DNA of 64,000 nucleotides from a virus (Duplodnaviria; Caudoviricetes): the IMG/VR virus record IMGVR_UViG_2930337131_000001, positions 64,054 to 128,053 of that record; one strand, written 5' to 3'. Positions 38,772 through 48,374 of this stretch are shown in pieces (position 1 is the stretch's first letter; each line of letters opens with the position of its first letter). The translations under genes were made by a program, and so were the position numbers. The notes beneath the pieces are model-generated. The model did no database searches. It saw only the letters and a list, made by a program, of their open reading frames with translations, and had not been told where the DNA came from.

Positions 38772-39611
38772 TCACCAGTCGAGGGGCTCCGCCGGCTTCC
38801 GCCGGTCGGGGCCGACGATCCGAGCGACGTGCGCGGAGGACTCGAGCCGGGACAGCAGCCGCTCCCCCAGGATGTCGACCACGCCCAGGCCCGGACTGTC
38901 GGGCGTCCGGCGGCTGCGCAGGTTCGTGGTGTACGCCGTGGGCCGCCCGGCCGAGATGCGGGCGTCGATCAGGTCGATGGTCTCCCGCCGTGCGAACTCC
39001 GTGGCGGTCATGTCCATCTCTCCGCACAGTTCGTCGAGGATCAGCAGCTCGCACGTTACGAACTTCTTGCGGACCTCCCACGCCTTCAAGTTGTGCGGGG
39101 CCGAGTCCGGGCGTCGCCACGTCAGGTACGTCGCGTGCTTGATCATCAGGGTGTCCACGCCCGCGATGACGGCCTCGTTGCCCAGGGCGAACGCCGCGGC
39201 GGTCTTCCCGCTGCCGATGTTCCCCGGGATGATCATGTTCAGGGTCTCCGGGCGGGAGCCGGACCGCTTCGCCTCCACCAGGGAGTGAAGCCAGTTCTGC
39301 AGGGTCTGCGGCTTCTGGTTCTTGTCCAGCTTGAGGGGGCCGGTGGTGAACCGGAAGCCGAGGTACTCCTGGTGGGCCGCGTCCTCGACGCTCCGCTCCC
39401 ATGCGAGTCGTCGCGCGTGAGCCTTCGGCACGGCCGTGTCCTCCCAGAGCTCTATCTCTGATCTGTCGGTGCGGCGGTCGGGGACGCCGAGCTGGGACAT
39501 GTCGGCGCCACCGCGGCGCAGGATCGCGAACATGTGGTCGGTCACGGCGCCTGCCAGGTTCAGGCCGCGCTCGGGGCCCGGGGTCACCGGGGCATCCACC
39601 GTGAGGGACAT
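38772..39611 (-). CDS. DnaC/IstB-like ATPase (helicase loader)
   Basis: GNIGSGKT, LLILDELCGE, AYTTN and GERLLSRL motifs. Confidence 0.8.
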   Translation of the reverse strand: MSLTVDAPVTPGPERGLNLAGAVTDHMFAILRRGGADMSQLGVPDRRTDRSEIELWEDTAVPKAHARRLAWERSVEDAAHQEYLGFRFTTGPLKLDKNQKPQTLQNWLHSLVEAKRSGSRPETLNMIIPGNIGSGKTAAAFALGNEAVIAGVDTLMIKHATYLTWRRPDSAPHNLKAWEVRKKFVTCELLILDELCGEMDMTATEFARRETIDLIDARISAGRPTAYTTNLRSRRTPDSPGLGVVDILGERLLSRLESSAHVARIVGPDRRKPAEPLDW

Positions 39612-39616
39612 CGAGA

Positions 39617-40612
39617 TCACACTCCCTGCGTGCGGTTGACCACGCCGAACGTGGCGTCGTCGGAGTCGTCGTGTTCGGGGGCTTCGGGGGTGCCGGGTGG
39701 GGTCTCGCCCTGCTTGCCCCAGGTCGCCGAGTCGCTGTACGGAACGGCGCCGTTGGAGCGGGTCGGGGTGATGTGGTTGGTGACGACGCCCAGGGCGTCC
39801 TGCCACTGCTGCGCGCTGGGCAGGTGCTTACGCGCGCGGCGGAGGGCGTCCGCGCACTGGCGCTGCGTGTAGCCCGCTTCCAGGGCCTTCTTCACCATGC
39901 CGCGCATAGCGATGTAGCCGTTGGTCTTGCCGACGTACTTGCCCAGGTGCTTCTCAGCGTCCGCCCACCACCACGTGGCGACCTTCTCGGCCGCTTCGTC
40001 GATGGCCTTCTTCTCCGCGGCCTTCTTGTCCGCCGCGGCCTGCTTCTCCGCGTCGTCGGCGGCCTTCTGCTCCGGGGTCCGGCGGGTGCGCCGCTTGGGG
40101 GCGGCCGGCGGCTCCTCGGCGGCCGCGGGCTCCTCCTCCGGGGCAGGGGGCTCCTCGTCGCGGGGGTCGGGCTCGAACCCGTCGCTGCCCAGGGTGCCGT
40201 CCGGGTACTCGACGAGGAACGTGCCGTCCTCCTGCTCGATGACGGGGACGGCCGGGTCCTTCTGCGAGCTGAAGATGGCGTGGTCGGCGGCCCACTGGGG
40301 AACGGGGTACTCGGCGACTGACGTGCCCATCACGACCTTGCCGGTGCGCAGACGGCGGCGCTCGAGGCGGTAATACCCCTTCGCGGCGAGCTCGCGCAGC
40401 GCGGTACGGACGGCCTCGCGGCCCTCCCGACCCTCGCCCTTGGAGAGCTGGTCGGAGCGGACCTGCCACCCCTCCTTCTGGTCCAACAGGTAGGTGAGCA
40501 GGCCGAGGGCGCGGAAGCTGATGCTCGTGTCCCGGGCGGTCGTTGACTCGACTCGCACGTGGTAGACGCGCCGGGCGACCCGCACCCCTGTGGGATCGGA
40601 CAGGCGGCTCAT
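39617..40612 (-). CDS. Phage replication initiator (N-terminal wHTH)
   Basis: ISFRALGLLTYLL...GREAVRTALRELAAKGY; upstream of the loader gene. Confidence 0.75.
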   Translation of the reverse strand: MSRLSDPTGVRVARRVYHVRVESTTARDTSISFRALGLLTYLLDQKEGWQVRSDQLSKGEGREGREAVRTALRELAAKGYYRLERRRLRTGKVVMGTSVAEYPVPQWAADHAIFSSQKDPAVPVIEQEDGTFLVEYPDGTLGSDGFEPDPRDEEPPAPEEEPAAAEEPPAAPKRRTRRTPEQKAADDAEKQAAADKKAAEKKAIDEAAEKVATWWWADAEKHLGKYVGKTNGYIAMRGMVKKALEAGYTQRQCADALRRARKHLPSAQQWQDALGVVTNHITPTRSNGAVPYSDSATWGKQGETPPGTPEAPEHDDSDDATFGVVNRTQGV

Positions 40613-40887
40613 GCGGATGCCTCGCTGGGGGTGTCGTTGGTCAGGCGGAAGTCGGTGCGCTTGGAGCGGCGGCCGGACTCGTTGCTCAGGTAGCGGTACC
40701 GGCGCTCGGCCATGCCCGCGTTGCGCAACTCGGTGACGGCGCTGCGGACCTGGTGGGAGTTCAGGCCCAGGCCGGTGTAGATGGACGCGAGGTCGACCCA
40801 CTCGCCGTCGGGGTGGAGGGCGAGCTGGAAGAGAACACGGTGCGCGCGGTCGGACAGGCGCCGGGGGCGGGTCTGCGTGGTGGTCAT
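40609..40887 (-). CDS. Small winged-HTH protein
   Basis: LSDRAHRVLFQL...LGLNSHQVRSAVTELRNAGMAER. Confidence 0.65.
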   Translation of the reverse strand: MTTTQTRPRRLSDRAHRVLFQLALHPDGEWVDLASIYTGLGLNSHQVRSAVTELRNAGMAERRYRYLSNESGRRSKRTDFRLTNDTPSEASA

Positions 40888-40946
40888 GGTGCTGGTCCCT
40901 GGGAAGAGGGGCCCGGCCGCGAGGGGCCGGACCCGGGCGGCTGTCG

Positions 40947-41552
40947 TCACTCGTCGCGCGCGCCGGGCTGCGCCTTGGGCAGCAGCTCCGGCGTCTCCCG
41001 CAGTTCGTCGTCGAGGTCACCGCGCCGGTAGGCGGCCAGCAGAGCGGCCTTGCCTATCGGCTGCTTCTTGAAGGTCTTCCAGGTCCAGGTGACGGTGCCG
41101 GTGGGCTTCCCGCCCGGCACGAACTTGAGACCGGGGATGAGCTCACCGGACCGCGAGTCGAAGATGGCGCCCGTCTCTGGGTCGCGCTGGGCGTGCCGGA
41201 GAACGGCCGTCTCGAACGACTTCTTCCGGACGATGACGACGTCGTACTCGCCCTTCTCCTCCGCGTACTCGTCGAACGCGGCTTCGTCGGCGATCTCGAA
41301 CCGGTCGCGGGTCTTGTTGACCTTGTAGTGACCGACCTCTTCGCCGCCGACGGTGATGGTGAGGTCCGACTGCTTACGCTCGAGGAACGCCTGGACGAGG
41401 GGGTCCTTCGGGGCGTTCACCTTCGGGGTGATTATCGCCGCCTGGTGTTCCGTCATGGCGCGGGCGATTGCCCCGACGAGCCCGAGAGTATGCAGGTCAG
41501 GCCCGGAGTCCGACTCATCGGCCGGGACGGCGTCGGCAACGTCGTGCGACAT
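40947..41552 (-). CDS. Hypothetical phage protein
   Basis: GAGAGG RBS; DPETGAIF...GELIPGL motif common in phage DNA-metabolism proteins. Confidence 0.7.
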   Translation of the reverse strand: MSHDVADAVPADESDSGPDLHTLGLVGAIARAMTEHQAAIITPKVNAPKDPLVQAFLERKQSDLTITVGGEEVGHYKVNKTRDRFEIADEAAFDEYAEEKGEYDVVIVRKKSFETAVLRHAQRDPETGAIFDSRSGELIPGLKFVPGGKPTGTVTWTWKTFKKQPIGKAALLAAYRRGDLDDELRETPELLPKAQPGARDE

Positions 41553-41735
41553 CTCGGTGTTCCTCTCTTTCCCCGGACGCCTGGCCCAGGGTTCTGGTCC
41601 TCCCGGGCTGGTGTTCGGGGCGCGTCACCTTGGGGTACGTCGCCGGCCGATTTTTGTTACACCTAGGCCCAGGTAGCTGGGTTGCTCTCCCAACTGAGCC
41701 GAATAGTACACCCAGGGCAACGCGATGTGGAGCGC

Positions 41736-41764
41736 GCGACACAAGCGCCTCGTCCGTCTACCTT
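41736..41764 (+). promoter_or_regulatory. Late-promoter motif
   Basis: GCGACA-N17-TACCTT (CGCGACACAAGC). Confidence 0.55.
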
Positions 41765-41982
41765 CCTCGCGGCTCTGCAGCATCCGGCGACGTCACCGGG
41801 AGCAGCAGGGCCCCGGCTCCGCCCCATCCGGAACGAGGGCGGAACCGGCCCGGCGGCAGGTGAGGGTCGGCCATGACGGCATCGTCCCGCTTGCGAGGCG
41901 GGGCGCCGCGGTAGGAGTCCGCGGGCTCGCAGCCCTCACCCGCTGCCGGACACCGACCGCATGGGAGAGGAACGCACCAGCC

Positions 41983-42615
41983 GTGACCGAGACGATCGCC
42001 GCGCCGCGCTACATCGCGTACGTGCCGCTCACCGACCTGTCCCCCGCGCCCCGAAACCCGAAGCGGCACGAGCTCGAGCTGATCATCGCGTCGATCGACA
42101 TGCACGGCCTGGTCGAGATACCCGTCGTCGACGAGCGGACCCAGCAGACCCTCCACGGCCACGGCCGGCGCGAGTCCCTGCTGGAGATGCAGAACCGCGG
42201 GATGCGCGTCCCGAGCGGTGTCGTCGTCGACGAAGACGGGGGCTGGCTGGTCCCTATCCTGCGCGGCTGGCACTCGAGGAACGACGCCGAGGCGGAGGCC
42301 TTGGCCATCAAGCTCAACCGGCTGCCCGGCGAGGGCGGATGGGACCCCCGCGAGCTCGCCGAGATCCTCGAGGACCTGGCGACGAACGAGGTGGAGCTGT
42401 TCGACTCCCTGGCCATTCCCCACGACGAGATCGACAAGATGCTCGGCCAGGTCGACCCGGAGACGTTGCCCGGCGGCGGCCGCGAGGACGAGACGCCCCT
42501 GCTCCACCTGCCCGACGACGGAGAGCGCGGCGACGGACTCAGCCCCGACGACGAGGGCCGCGCACCGCACACGACGTGCCCGGCCTGCGGGCACCTGTTC
42601 ACCTCCAGCCGCTGA
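41983..42615 (+). CDS. ParB/Srx N-terminal-domain protein with C-terminal Zn ribbon
   Basis: LSPAPRNPKRH...SIDMHG...PVVD...HGHGR; CPACGH. Confidence 0.75.
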   Translation: MTETIAAPRYIAYVPLTDLSPAPRNPKRHELELIIASIDMHGLVEIPVVDERTQQTLHGHGRRESLLEMQNRGMRVPSGVVVDEDGGWLVPILRGWHSRNDAEAEALAIKLNRLPGEGGWDPRELAEILEDLATNEVELFDSLAIPHDEIDKMLGQVDPETLPGGGREDETPLLHLPDDGERGDGLSPDDEGRAPHTTCPACGHLFTSSR

Positions 42616-42635
42616 CCGCCTCCCGAGGAACGCCC

Positions 42636-43280
42636 ATGTCCACCCGACGCAAGGCACGCCGGCCCGAGGGCCGCAGCGGTCGCCCACGCCTGCTCTCCGA
42701 AGAGGTCGAGTCCCGTCTCGTCGCGGCCTCCCGCACGGGCGTAGCCGTCGAGCTGGCTGCCGAGATGGCCGGCATCTCTCGCTCCACGTTCCTGGCGTGG
42801 ATGGCCCGCGGCCGCGCCGAGGTCGACGCCCGTGAGGAAGGCAAGAAGCCCGACCCGGCCGAGGAGGAGTACGCGGCCCTGTTCGAGAAGGTCCGCACCG
42901 CCCGTGCCACCGCGGGCGCGCGCGCCATGATGAACATTCGCAGGATCGCGGACGGCGGCATCGTCACCAAGATCACCACCCGCAAGTTCCGCGACTCTGT
43001 CACCGGCGAGATCGTCGAGGAGACCGTCGAGGACCGCACGCCCCCGGACTGGCGCGCTGACGCCTGGTACCTCGAGCGGCAACACCGCGACGCCTACGGC
43101 AAGGACGCGACGCTCGCCCTCGAAATCACCGGCCTCGGTGACGTCCCGGCCGGCGCGGACGACGGGGCCGTCGACCTGGCCGCGCTCGCCGAACGCCTGG
43201 ACCGCAGCCTGTTCTCGGTCGAGTACCCGCCGGAGCTCGAGGACGGCAGCGTCGTTGACGCCGAGGTGGTCGACGAGTGA
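42636..43280 (+). CDS. Terminase small subunit-like HTH protein
   Basis: GRPRLL...AAEMAGISRSTFLAW...DWRADAWYLER. Confidence 0.6.
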   Translation: MSTRRKARRPEGRSGRPRLLSEEVESRLVAASRTGVAVELAAEMAGISRSTFLAWMARGRAEVDAREEGKKPDPAEEEYAALFEKVRTARATAGARAMMNIRRIADGGIVTKITTRKFRDSVTGEIVEETVEDRTPPDWRADAWYLERQHRDAYGKDATLALEITGLGDVPAGADDGAVDLAALAERLDRSLFSVEYPPELEDGSVVDAEVVDE

Positions 43281-43459
43281 CCCGGCAACCGCCCGCGCCT
43301 GCCCCGCTCTGCGGCGCCCGCACCGTCTTCTGGCCCGACGACGAGGCGTGCGACGCAGAGTGCTCCTGGCCGCCCGAGCACGGCGGGAGCAGGCACTTTG
43401 ACGAGAGCCTCGGCGAGTGGGACGAGTCCGAACTGCCCACCGTGCTGCGCGACGAGTAG
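43277..43459 (+). CDS. Small Cys/His protein
   Basis: GTGA overlap with the previous gene; C...C...H....H pattern. Confidence 0.5.
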   Translation: MTRQPPAPAPLCGARTVFWPDDEACDAECSWPPEHGGSRHFDESLGEWDESELPTVLRDE

Positions 43460-43474
43460 GGCCGCAAGCCAGCA

Positions 43475-43505
43475 CGCGACGTTAACCACGCACGCCCTGC
43501 ACGGT
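43475..43505 (+). promoter_or_regulatory. Late-promoter motif
   Basis: CGCGACGTTAACC; GCGACG-N18-CACGGT. Confidence 0.65.
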
Positions 43506-43540
43506 GCCCCCTCCTGATCTCCAGCAGCGGAGGAAGCACC

Positions 43541-44458
43541 GTGACAACCGCCTACTACCCGGGCGCCAGCAGGGCGTACGACTTCTCGAAGACCTACCCG
43601 GGCGACCTGATGGACCCCGACAAGGTCCTCTTGCACACGACCGAGGGGACCACCCTCGTCGACTACTCCAAGGGCGCCGTAGCGCCGAACATCACGGCCA
43701 TGCCGAACTTCGCGAAGAAGCGGCTGGAGTGGTACCAGCACTACCCGTTCACCCACTCCGCGCGCGCCCTGGTCAACAAGGCCGGCGGGGTGGAGACCAA
43801 CACGGACGACGTCGCCCAGGTCGAGCTCGTCGGCACGTGCGACCCCGCGCACCGCAAGACGTGGGGCAAGCTGCAGGCGGGCGTGCATTACATCTTCTGG
43901 CCGGAGGCACCGGACTGGGCGCTCGACGACCTGGCCGACTTCCTGGCCTGGCAGAACGTCAACAACGGCGTGCCGCTGACCACGCCGAAGGACTGGCTCC
44001 CGTACCCGTCCTCGTACGGCAACAGCCGCGTGCGGATGACGTTCGCGGAGTGGCGCGCCGCGAAGGGCGTGCTCGGCCACATGCACCCCCCGGAGAACGA
44101 CCACGGCGACCCGGGAAACATCCCCATCGCCGCGCTCCTGTCCTCGGCGAAGATCAAGGCCGCGGCCCTCAAGGGCGGTTCCACCGGCGGCGGCACGTCC
44201 ACCCCGGCGCCGAAGCCCGCGCCGCCGTTCCCGGGCGCCCAGTACTTCGGTCCGGGCAAGAGCAACGCTCACATCACGGCCATGGGCAAGCAGCTCGTGA
44301 AGAAGGGGTTCGGCAAGTACTACACCTCGGGTCCCGGCCCGACGTGGAGCGATGCGGACCGCAAGAATGTCCGTGCCTTCCAGCTCGCGCACGCCTCCCT
44401 CGCGGGTGACGCCGACGGCATCCCCGGCCCGAAGACGTGGAAGCTGCTGTTCTCCTGA
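43541..44458 (+). CDS. Endolysin (amidase + peptidoglycan-binding domain)
   Basis: LLHTTEG, QVELVG and GHMHPPENDHGDPG motifs; C-terminal ADGIPGPKTW. Confidence 0.9.
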   Translation: MTTAYYPGASRAYDFSKTYPGDLMDPDKVLLHTTEGTTLVDYSKGAVAPNITAMPNFAKKRLEWYQHYPFTHSARALVNKAGGVETNTDDVAQVELVGTCDPAHRKTWGKLQAGVHYIFWPEAPDWALDDLADFLAWQNVNNGVPLTTPKDWLPYPSSYGNSRVRMTFAEWRAAKGVLGHMHPPENDHGDPGNIPIAALLSSAKIKAAALKGGSTGGGTSTPAPKPAPPFPGAQYFGPGKSNAHITAMGKQLVKKGFGKYYTSGPGPTWSDADRKNVRAFQLAHASLAGDADGIPGPKTWKLLFS

Positions 44459-44515
44459 CCCTCCTCCGGCCGGCTCGCACCCGCGGGCCGGTCCCCGACT
44501 CCTGAAAGGCCCGCT

Positions 44516-44983
44516 GTGGCAGGCGAGACCGTCATCACCGTCATCGGAAACCTGGTCGACGACCCCGAACTCCGCTTCACTCCCTCCGGCGCCGCGGTGG
44601 CCAAGTTCCGCGTCGCCTCGACTCCCCGCACCTTCGACCGGCAGACGAACGAGTGGAAGGACGGCGAGAGCCTGTTCCTGACCTGTGCCGTGTGGCGGCA
44701 GGCGGCCGAGAACGTCGCCGAGTCCCTGCAGCGCGGGATGCGCGTCATCGTCCAGGGCCGCCTCAAGCAGCGCTCCTACGAGGACCGTGAGGGCGTCAAG
44801 CGCACGGTCTACGAGCTGGACGTCGAGGAGGTCGGCGCGAGCCTGCGCAACGCCACCGCGAAGGTCACCAAGACCAGCGGGGGCGGCGGGGGCAACGGGG
44901 TGCAGCGCTCGACACCGTCCGCTGGCCGTCCGGCCGCTGACGACCCGTGGGCGGGCCCGGCGCCGGACGAGCCGCCGTTCTAG
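44516..44983 (+). CDS. ssb: Single-stranded DNA-binding protein
   Basis: [38 protein letters not shown]...DEPPF. Confidence 0.95.
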   Translation: MAGETVITVIGNLVDDPELRFTPSGAAVAKFRVASTPRTFDRQTNEWKDGESLFLTCAVWRQAAENVAESLQRGMRVIVQGRLKQRSYEDREGVKRTVYELDVEEVGASLRNATAKVTKTSGGGGGNGVQRSTPSAGRPAADDPWAGPAPDEPPF

Positions 44984-44995
44984 CCGTACGCACAC

Positions 44996-45031
44996 GAGAG
45001 GGGCCCCGGACCATCGTCCGGGGCCCCTCTC
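44996..45031. terminator. Bidirectional terminator
   Basis: 16-bp perfect stem GAGAGGGGCCCCGGAC/GTCCGGGGCCCCTCTC between convergent genes. Confidence 0.75.
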
Positions 45032-45037
45032 GGCTGT

Positions 45038-46807
45038 TCAGGCCGCGGCGGGCACGGTCCAGGCCGACGGCAGGATGAGCAAGTCGTCGGCGTCGGCCTG
45101 GCCCTCGTCGTCGGTCGCCTTCTGCTCCTGGCCGGGAGGGTTGGCGGACTCCGAGTTGGTGTCCTGCCCCGGCGGTGTGGCCCCTTCGGCGGGCGTCTCC
45201 ACTGGGGCCGGGGTCTCCTCCACCGGCGGCGCGGGGGTCTCCTCCACCGGCGTGTCGGTGACCGGGGGCGGCGTCTCCTCGTCCGGCGGGGTGGCCGTCC
45301 CGTCCGGCTCGCTCGGCACGGGGTCCGCGCTCGGCGGCGGCGTCGTGTCTGCCGGCGGCGGGGTCGTCCCCTCCGGCTGGCTCGGCGTGGGGTCCGCGGT
45401 CGGCGGCGGGGTCGTCTCGACCGGCGGCGGGGTCGTCTCTACCGGCGGTGGGGTCGTCCCCTCCGGCTGGCTCGGCGTGGGGTCCGCGGTCGGCGGCGGG
45501 GTCGTCTCGACCGGCGGCGGGGTCGTCTGCGCGGGCGGGGTGGTGGTCGTGTCCGTCGGCGGCGTCGGCGGCGTCGTCGGGGTGCTCGGCGTGGACGGGG
45601 TCGACGTCGGTGTGGTGGTGGGCGTGGACGGGGCCGTCGGGGTGGAAGGCGTGGTCGTCTGCACGGGCGGCGGCGTGGTCGTCTGCGCCGGCGGCTCGGG
45701 CGTTGTCACCAGCACCACACCGCCACCAGTGGCGGCCGGGGGCCGCTCAATGCCGATGGCGAGTGCCACGATGTCGTCACCGCCGGGGCCGCCGTACACG
45801 GGCGTCGCGTCCACCAGGCCGAGCACCAGGCGGGCCGCGACCATCGACGGCGCGTCCGACGTCGCTACCGCGGGTTGGGCGATGATCTGGTGCACTTCCT
45901 GGCTGTTCAGGCCGAGGGTGCCCAGGGTGAGGGCTGCGAGCCGCGGCGGGAGCGGGGTGGACCCGCCCATCACGTTCGGGCCCGCGTCCTTGTCCGCCTG
46001 CTGCAGCAGCTTCATGTACTCGGCGATGCGCGCCTGGTCGGTGCCCCACAGCACGTACCGGCCGTGCACCTTCATGTCCTGGTACAGCTCCTGCGACCCG
46101 TCCTGACGTGCCCATGTGCGGGCATAGTCGGCGTCGTAGAAGATGCGCAGGCCGATCTGCTCCTTGCCGTAGGAGAACGTGAAGATCGTACTGTCCGGGC
46201 CGGTCGCGGCCTTGGTCGACATCACCATGCCGTCGGCATCGGTGCACTCGGCCTCGAGCGCACTCACCGGGTTGCACTCGATCTTGCTCGCGCCGGAGAA
46301 ATAGTCGAACTTGTCGTCGGTGAACGGGGCGTTCTCGACCTTGGTCCCGGCCGCGTCCGGCGTGACGTCCGGCGCGCTGGCCTTCGCGTGCACGGGCGCG
46401 TCGTCGACGATGTTCGTGTACCGGCCCAGGGCCCAGCTCGCCGCCAGCGCAGGGAGCAGTGCGGCGACGACGACCGCCTTGCGCCGCCGCTTGCCCGCGG
46501 GCGGGAGCTTCTCCGTGGCGACGTCGTCCTTGAGGTCGACCGGCGGGCGCTCGACGCTCGGCGGGGCCGGGGCGTTCAGCCCCAGCATGTCGTCGAGGTC
46601 CTTGAACTCCGGGCACTGCTCCCGGATCATCCGCTCGGCGGCCTCCCGGGTGATCCCGGGCAGCACGTTGAGCACGTTGTCCACGGCCCGGGTGAAGGTC
46701 TGCCCCTGGCCCATGAACAGCGTGCGCACACCGTGCATCCTGAACAGCGCCGCGTCGGCCGGGAAGTCGCCGACGACGATGTCGATTTTCTCCGCCGGGC
46801 TGCTCAC
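45038..46807 (-). CDS. Single-TM protein with extracellular domain and long Pro/Thr-rich tail
   Basis: KRRRK followed by a TM segment; ETTPPP repeats; 90-bp DNA duplication at 45360/45450. Confidence 0.7.
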   Translation of the reverse strand: MSSPAEKIDIVVGDFPADAALFRMHGVRTLFMGQGQTFTRAVDNVLNVLPGITREAAERMIREQCPEFKDLDDMLGLNAPAPPSVERPPVDLKDDVATEKLPPAGKRRRKAVVVAALLPALAASWALGRYTNIVDDAPVHAKASAPDVTPDAAGTKVENAPFTDDKFDYFSGASKIECNPVSALEAECTDADGMVMSTKAATGPDSTIFTFSYGKEQIGLRIFYDADYARTWARQDGSQELYQDMKVHGRYVLWGTDQARIAEYMKLLQQADKDAGPNVMGGSTPLPPRLAALTLGTLGLNSQEVHQIIAQPAVATSDAPSMVAARLVLGLVDATPVYGGPGGDDIVALAIGIERPPAATGGGVVLVTTPEPPAQTTTPPPVQTTTPSTPTAPSTPTTTPTSTPSTPSTPTTPPTPPTDTTTTPPAQTTPPPVETTPPPTADPTPSQPEGTTPPPVETTPPPVETTPPPTADPTPSQPEGTTPPPADTTPPPSADPVPSEPDGTATPPDEETPPPVTDTPVEETPAPPVEETPAPVETPAEGATPPGQDTNSESANPPGQEQKATDDEGQADADDLLILPSAWTVPAAA

Positions 46808-47193
46808 GGCTGGTGGTCCTTCGCCCTGCGCTGTATCACCTCGGCCATGGCCGCGGCGAGGTTCTGCAGGCGGTCGGGGGTGATCTCCTCGATGTCGGAG
46901 ACCACGAGCTCGCCACCGCCGGGCAGGGCGATCTCCTCGCGGTGGAGGCTCACGTCCTCCAGGCCGTCGTCGGTGCCGGCGTCGTCGCGGGTCTCAAGCG
47001 GGTTCAAGGTCCGCATGAAGGCCGCCATCATCGCGTCGTGCGTCTGCTTGATCCGCTCGGGGCTCCGTGTGTGGCCCGGGGCCAGGGCTCCCGCGGCCGC
47101 CATCGCGCGGCGCGTCTCGATGTCGTGAGGGACTGGGCCGCCCTCGAGCGCACGTTCCAGGCGCTCGGCTTCCCTGTCAGCGCGTCCGAACAT
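46804..47193 (-). CDS. Putative anti-sigma factor (resembles the RsbN N-terminal domain)
   Basis: Overlaps the sigma gene 3' end; REAERLERALEG...AAAGAL...HDAMMAAF. Confidence 0.45.
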   Translation of the reverse strand: MFGRADREAERLERALEGGPVPHDIETRRAMAAAGALAPGHTRSPERIKQTHDAMMAAFMRTLNPLETRDDAGTDDGLEDVSLHREEIALPGGGELVVSDIEEITPDRLQNLAAAMAEVIQRRAKDHQP

Positions 47194-47881
47194 GATGCGC
47201 CCTCTCCCTCTCCAGCACGGCCTCGACACGAACACCTACGACTCTTCCTCTGCTTGCTGCGATGGTCAGCAGCATCTCCACCAGGTCGGCGGAGGACTCC
47301 CCTTCGGGCAAGACCTTCGCCAGCCGCTTCAAGGAGCGATGTTGCAGAGTACGCACTGCACTCTCGGTCTTTCCCATGATCTGCGCAGTATGCGCAGGAG
47401 TGCACCCGTCAAAAAATCGGAGCTGCAGGCACTTACGTTGGTCGGGCTTCAATTCGTTCATGCCCTGGGCGATGGCTTCGGCCACCTGCTTCTGCTCGAG
47501 CTGCTGCGCGACGGACGCTCCCGGCCGTGGCCGGTCCAGCATCAGGTCGTCGGCCTGCAGAACCTCGGTGGGCCGACGCTGCTCCTTGCGCAGGTAGTCG
47601 ACGGCGGTGTTGCGCGTGATGGTCGCGAGCCAGGCCATGGGCTTCGTGCCCGGCTGGTATCGCGCCACGTTTTGCGCCACCTTGATCCAGACCTCTTGCG
47701 CGAGGTCCTCGGAGATGTGCGGGTCGCGGACGTACTGGCGGACCCAGTTATGGACCACGGAGTGCAGCCGCATGTAGAGCTCGCTGATGGCCTCTGGCGC
47801 TTTGGCGCCTCCGGAGGCTGCACGTGCCATGAGCTGGTCAACGGTTACGGATCGGTCGGTCACGGCGTGAAGTCCCCCCAT
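47177..47881 (-). CDS. ECF sigma factor, BldN-like
   Basis: Region 2 EDLAQEVW...AWLATITRNTAVDYLR; region 4 QRKCLQLRFFDG...TAQIMGKTESAVRTLQHRSLKRLAKVLP. Confidence 0.85.
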   Translation of the reverse strand: MGGLHAVTDRSVTVDQLMARAASGGAKAPEAISELYMRLHSVVHNWVRQYVRDPHISEDLAQEVWIKVAQNVARYQPGTKPMAWLATITRNTAVDYLRKEQRRPTEVLQADDLMLDRPRPGASVAQQLEQKQVAEAIAQGMNELKPDQRKCLQLRFFDGCTPAHTAQIMGKTESAVRTLQHRSLKRLAKVLPEGESSADLVEMLLTIAASRGRVVGVRVEAVLERERAHHVRTR

Positions 47882-48113
47882 GTGCCGTCTGGGCGCCCGA
47901 CGTGCGGGTCCGAGGACTCAGAACACCCAACCCGGTACAGGAGGATCGTCTTCCGCTGTGGCGCTCAGGAAGCATAACCGGCCACTCTCCGGGCGTCACC
48001 GTACGGATGTGCGATGTTCGATTGCCCTGGGCTTACTGTAATCTCGCCGTTGCAGGCGAGCGTCGCGGAGAGCACCGCGGCGGGAGCCAGACCTAAAGAG
48101 AAGGAGCACCCCC

Positions 48114-48374
48114 GTGATCACGCCGCCCGCAGTTGACCAGCCGTCCCACATCGACCTGGCCCTGATGCGGTTCCCCCACCAGCAGTGGATCCCGGCGCCG
48201 GCCGCGGCCGCGCACGTGGAGAACGTGGGACTACCTCGTGAAATCCTCCGGCTGGTGATCCGCACCGGCAAACGCCGTGGTGTCCTACGTATCAAGCGCG
48301 TGCCCGACCACGTCGGGTTCTACGTGATGAGGGTCTCCAAGATGCACCCCGATGAGGTCACGGCCACGGCCTGA
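48114..48374 (+). CDS. Small hypothetical protein (possible wHTH)
   Basis: AAGGAG RBS; divergent from the sigma gene. Confidence 0.55.
   Translation: MITPPAVDQPSHIDLALMRFPHQQWIPAPAAAAHVENVGLPREILRLVIRTGKRRGVLRIKRVPDHVGFYVMRVSKMHPDEVTATA

Noticed and set aside
45220-45700. GGCGGCGGGGTCGTC repeats as a DNA element
   Set aside because: Fully explained by the Pro/Thr repeats of the minus-strand protein.
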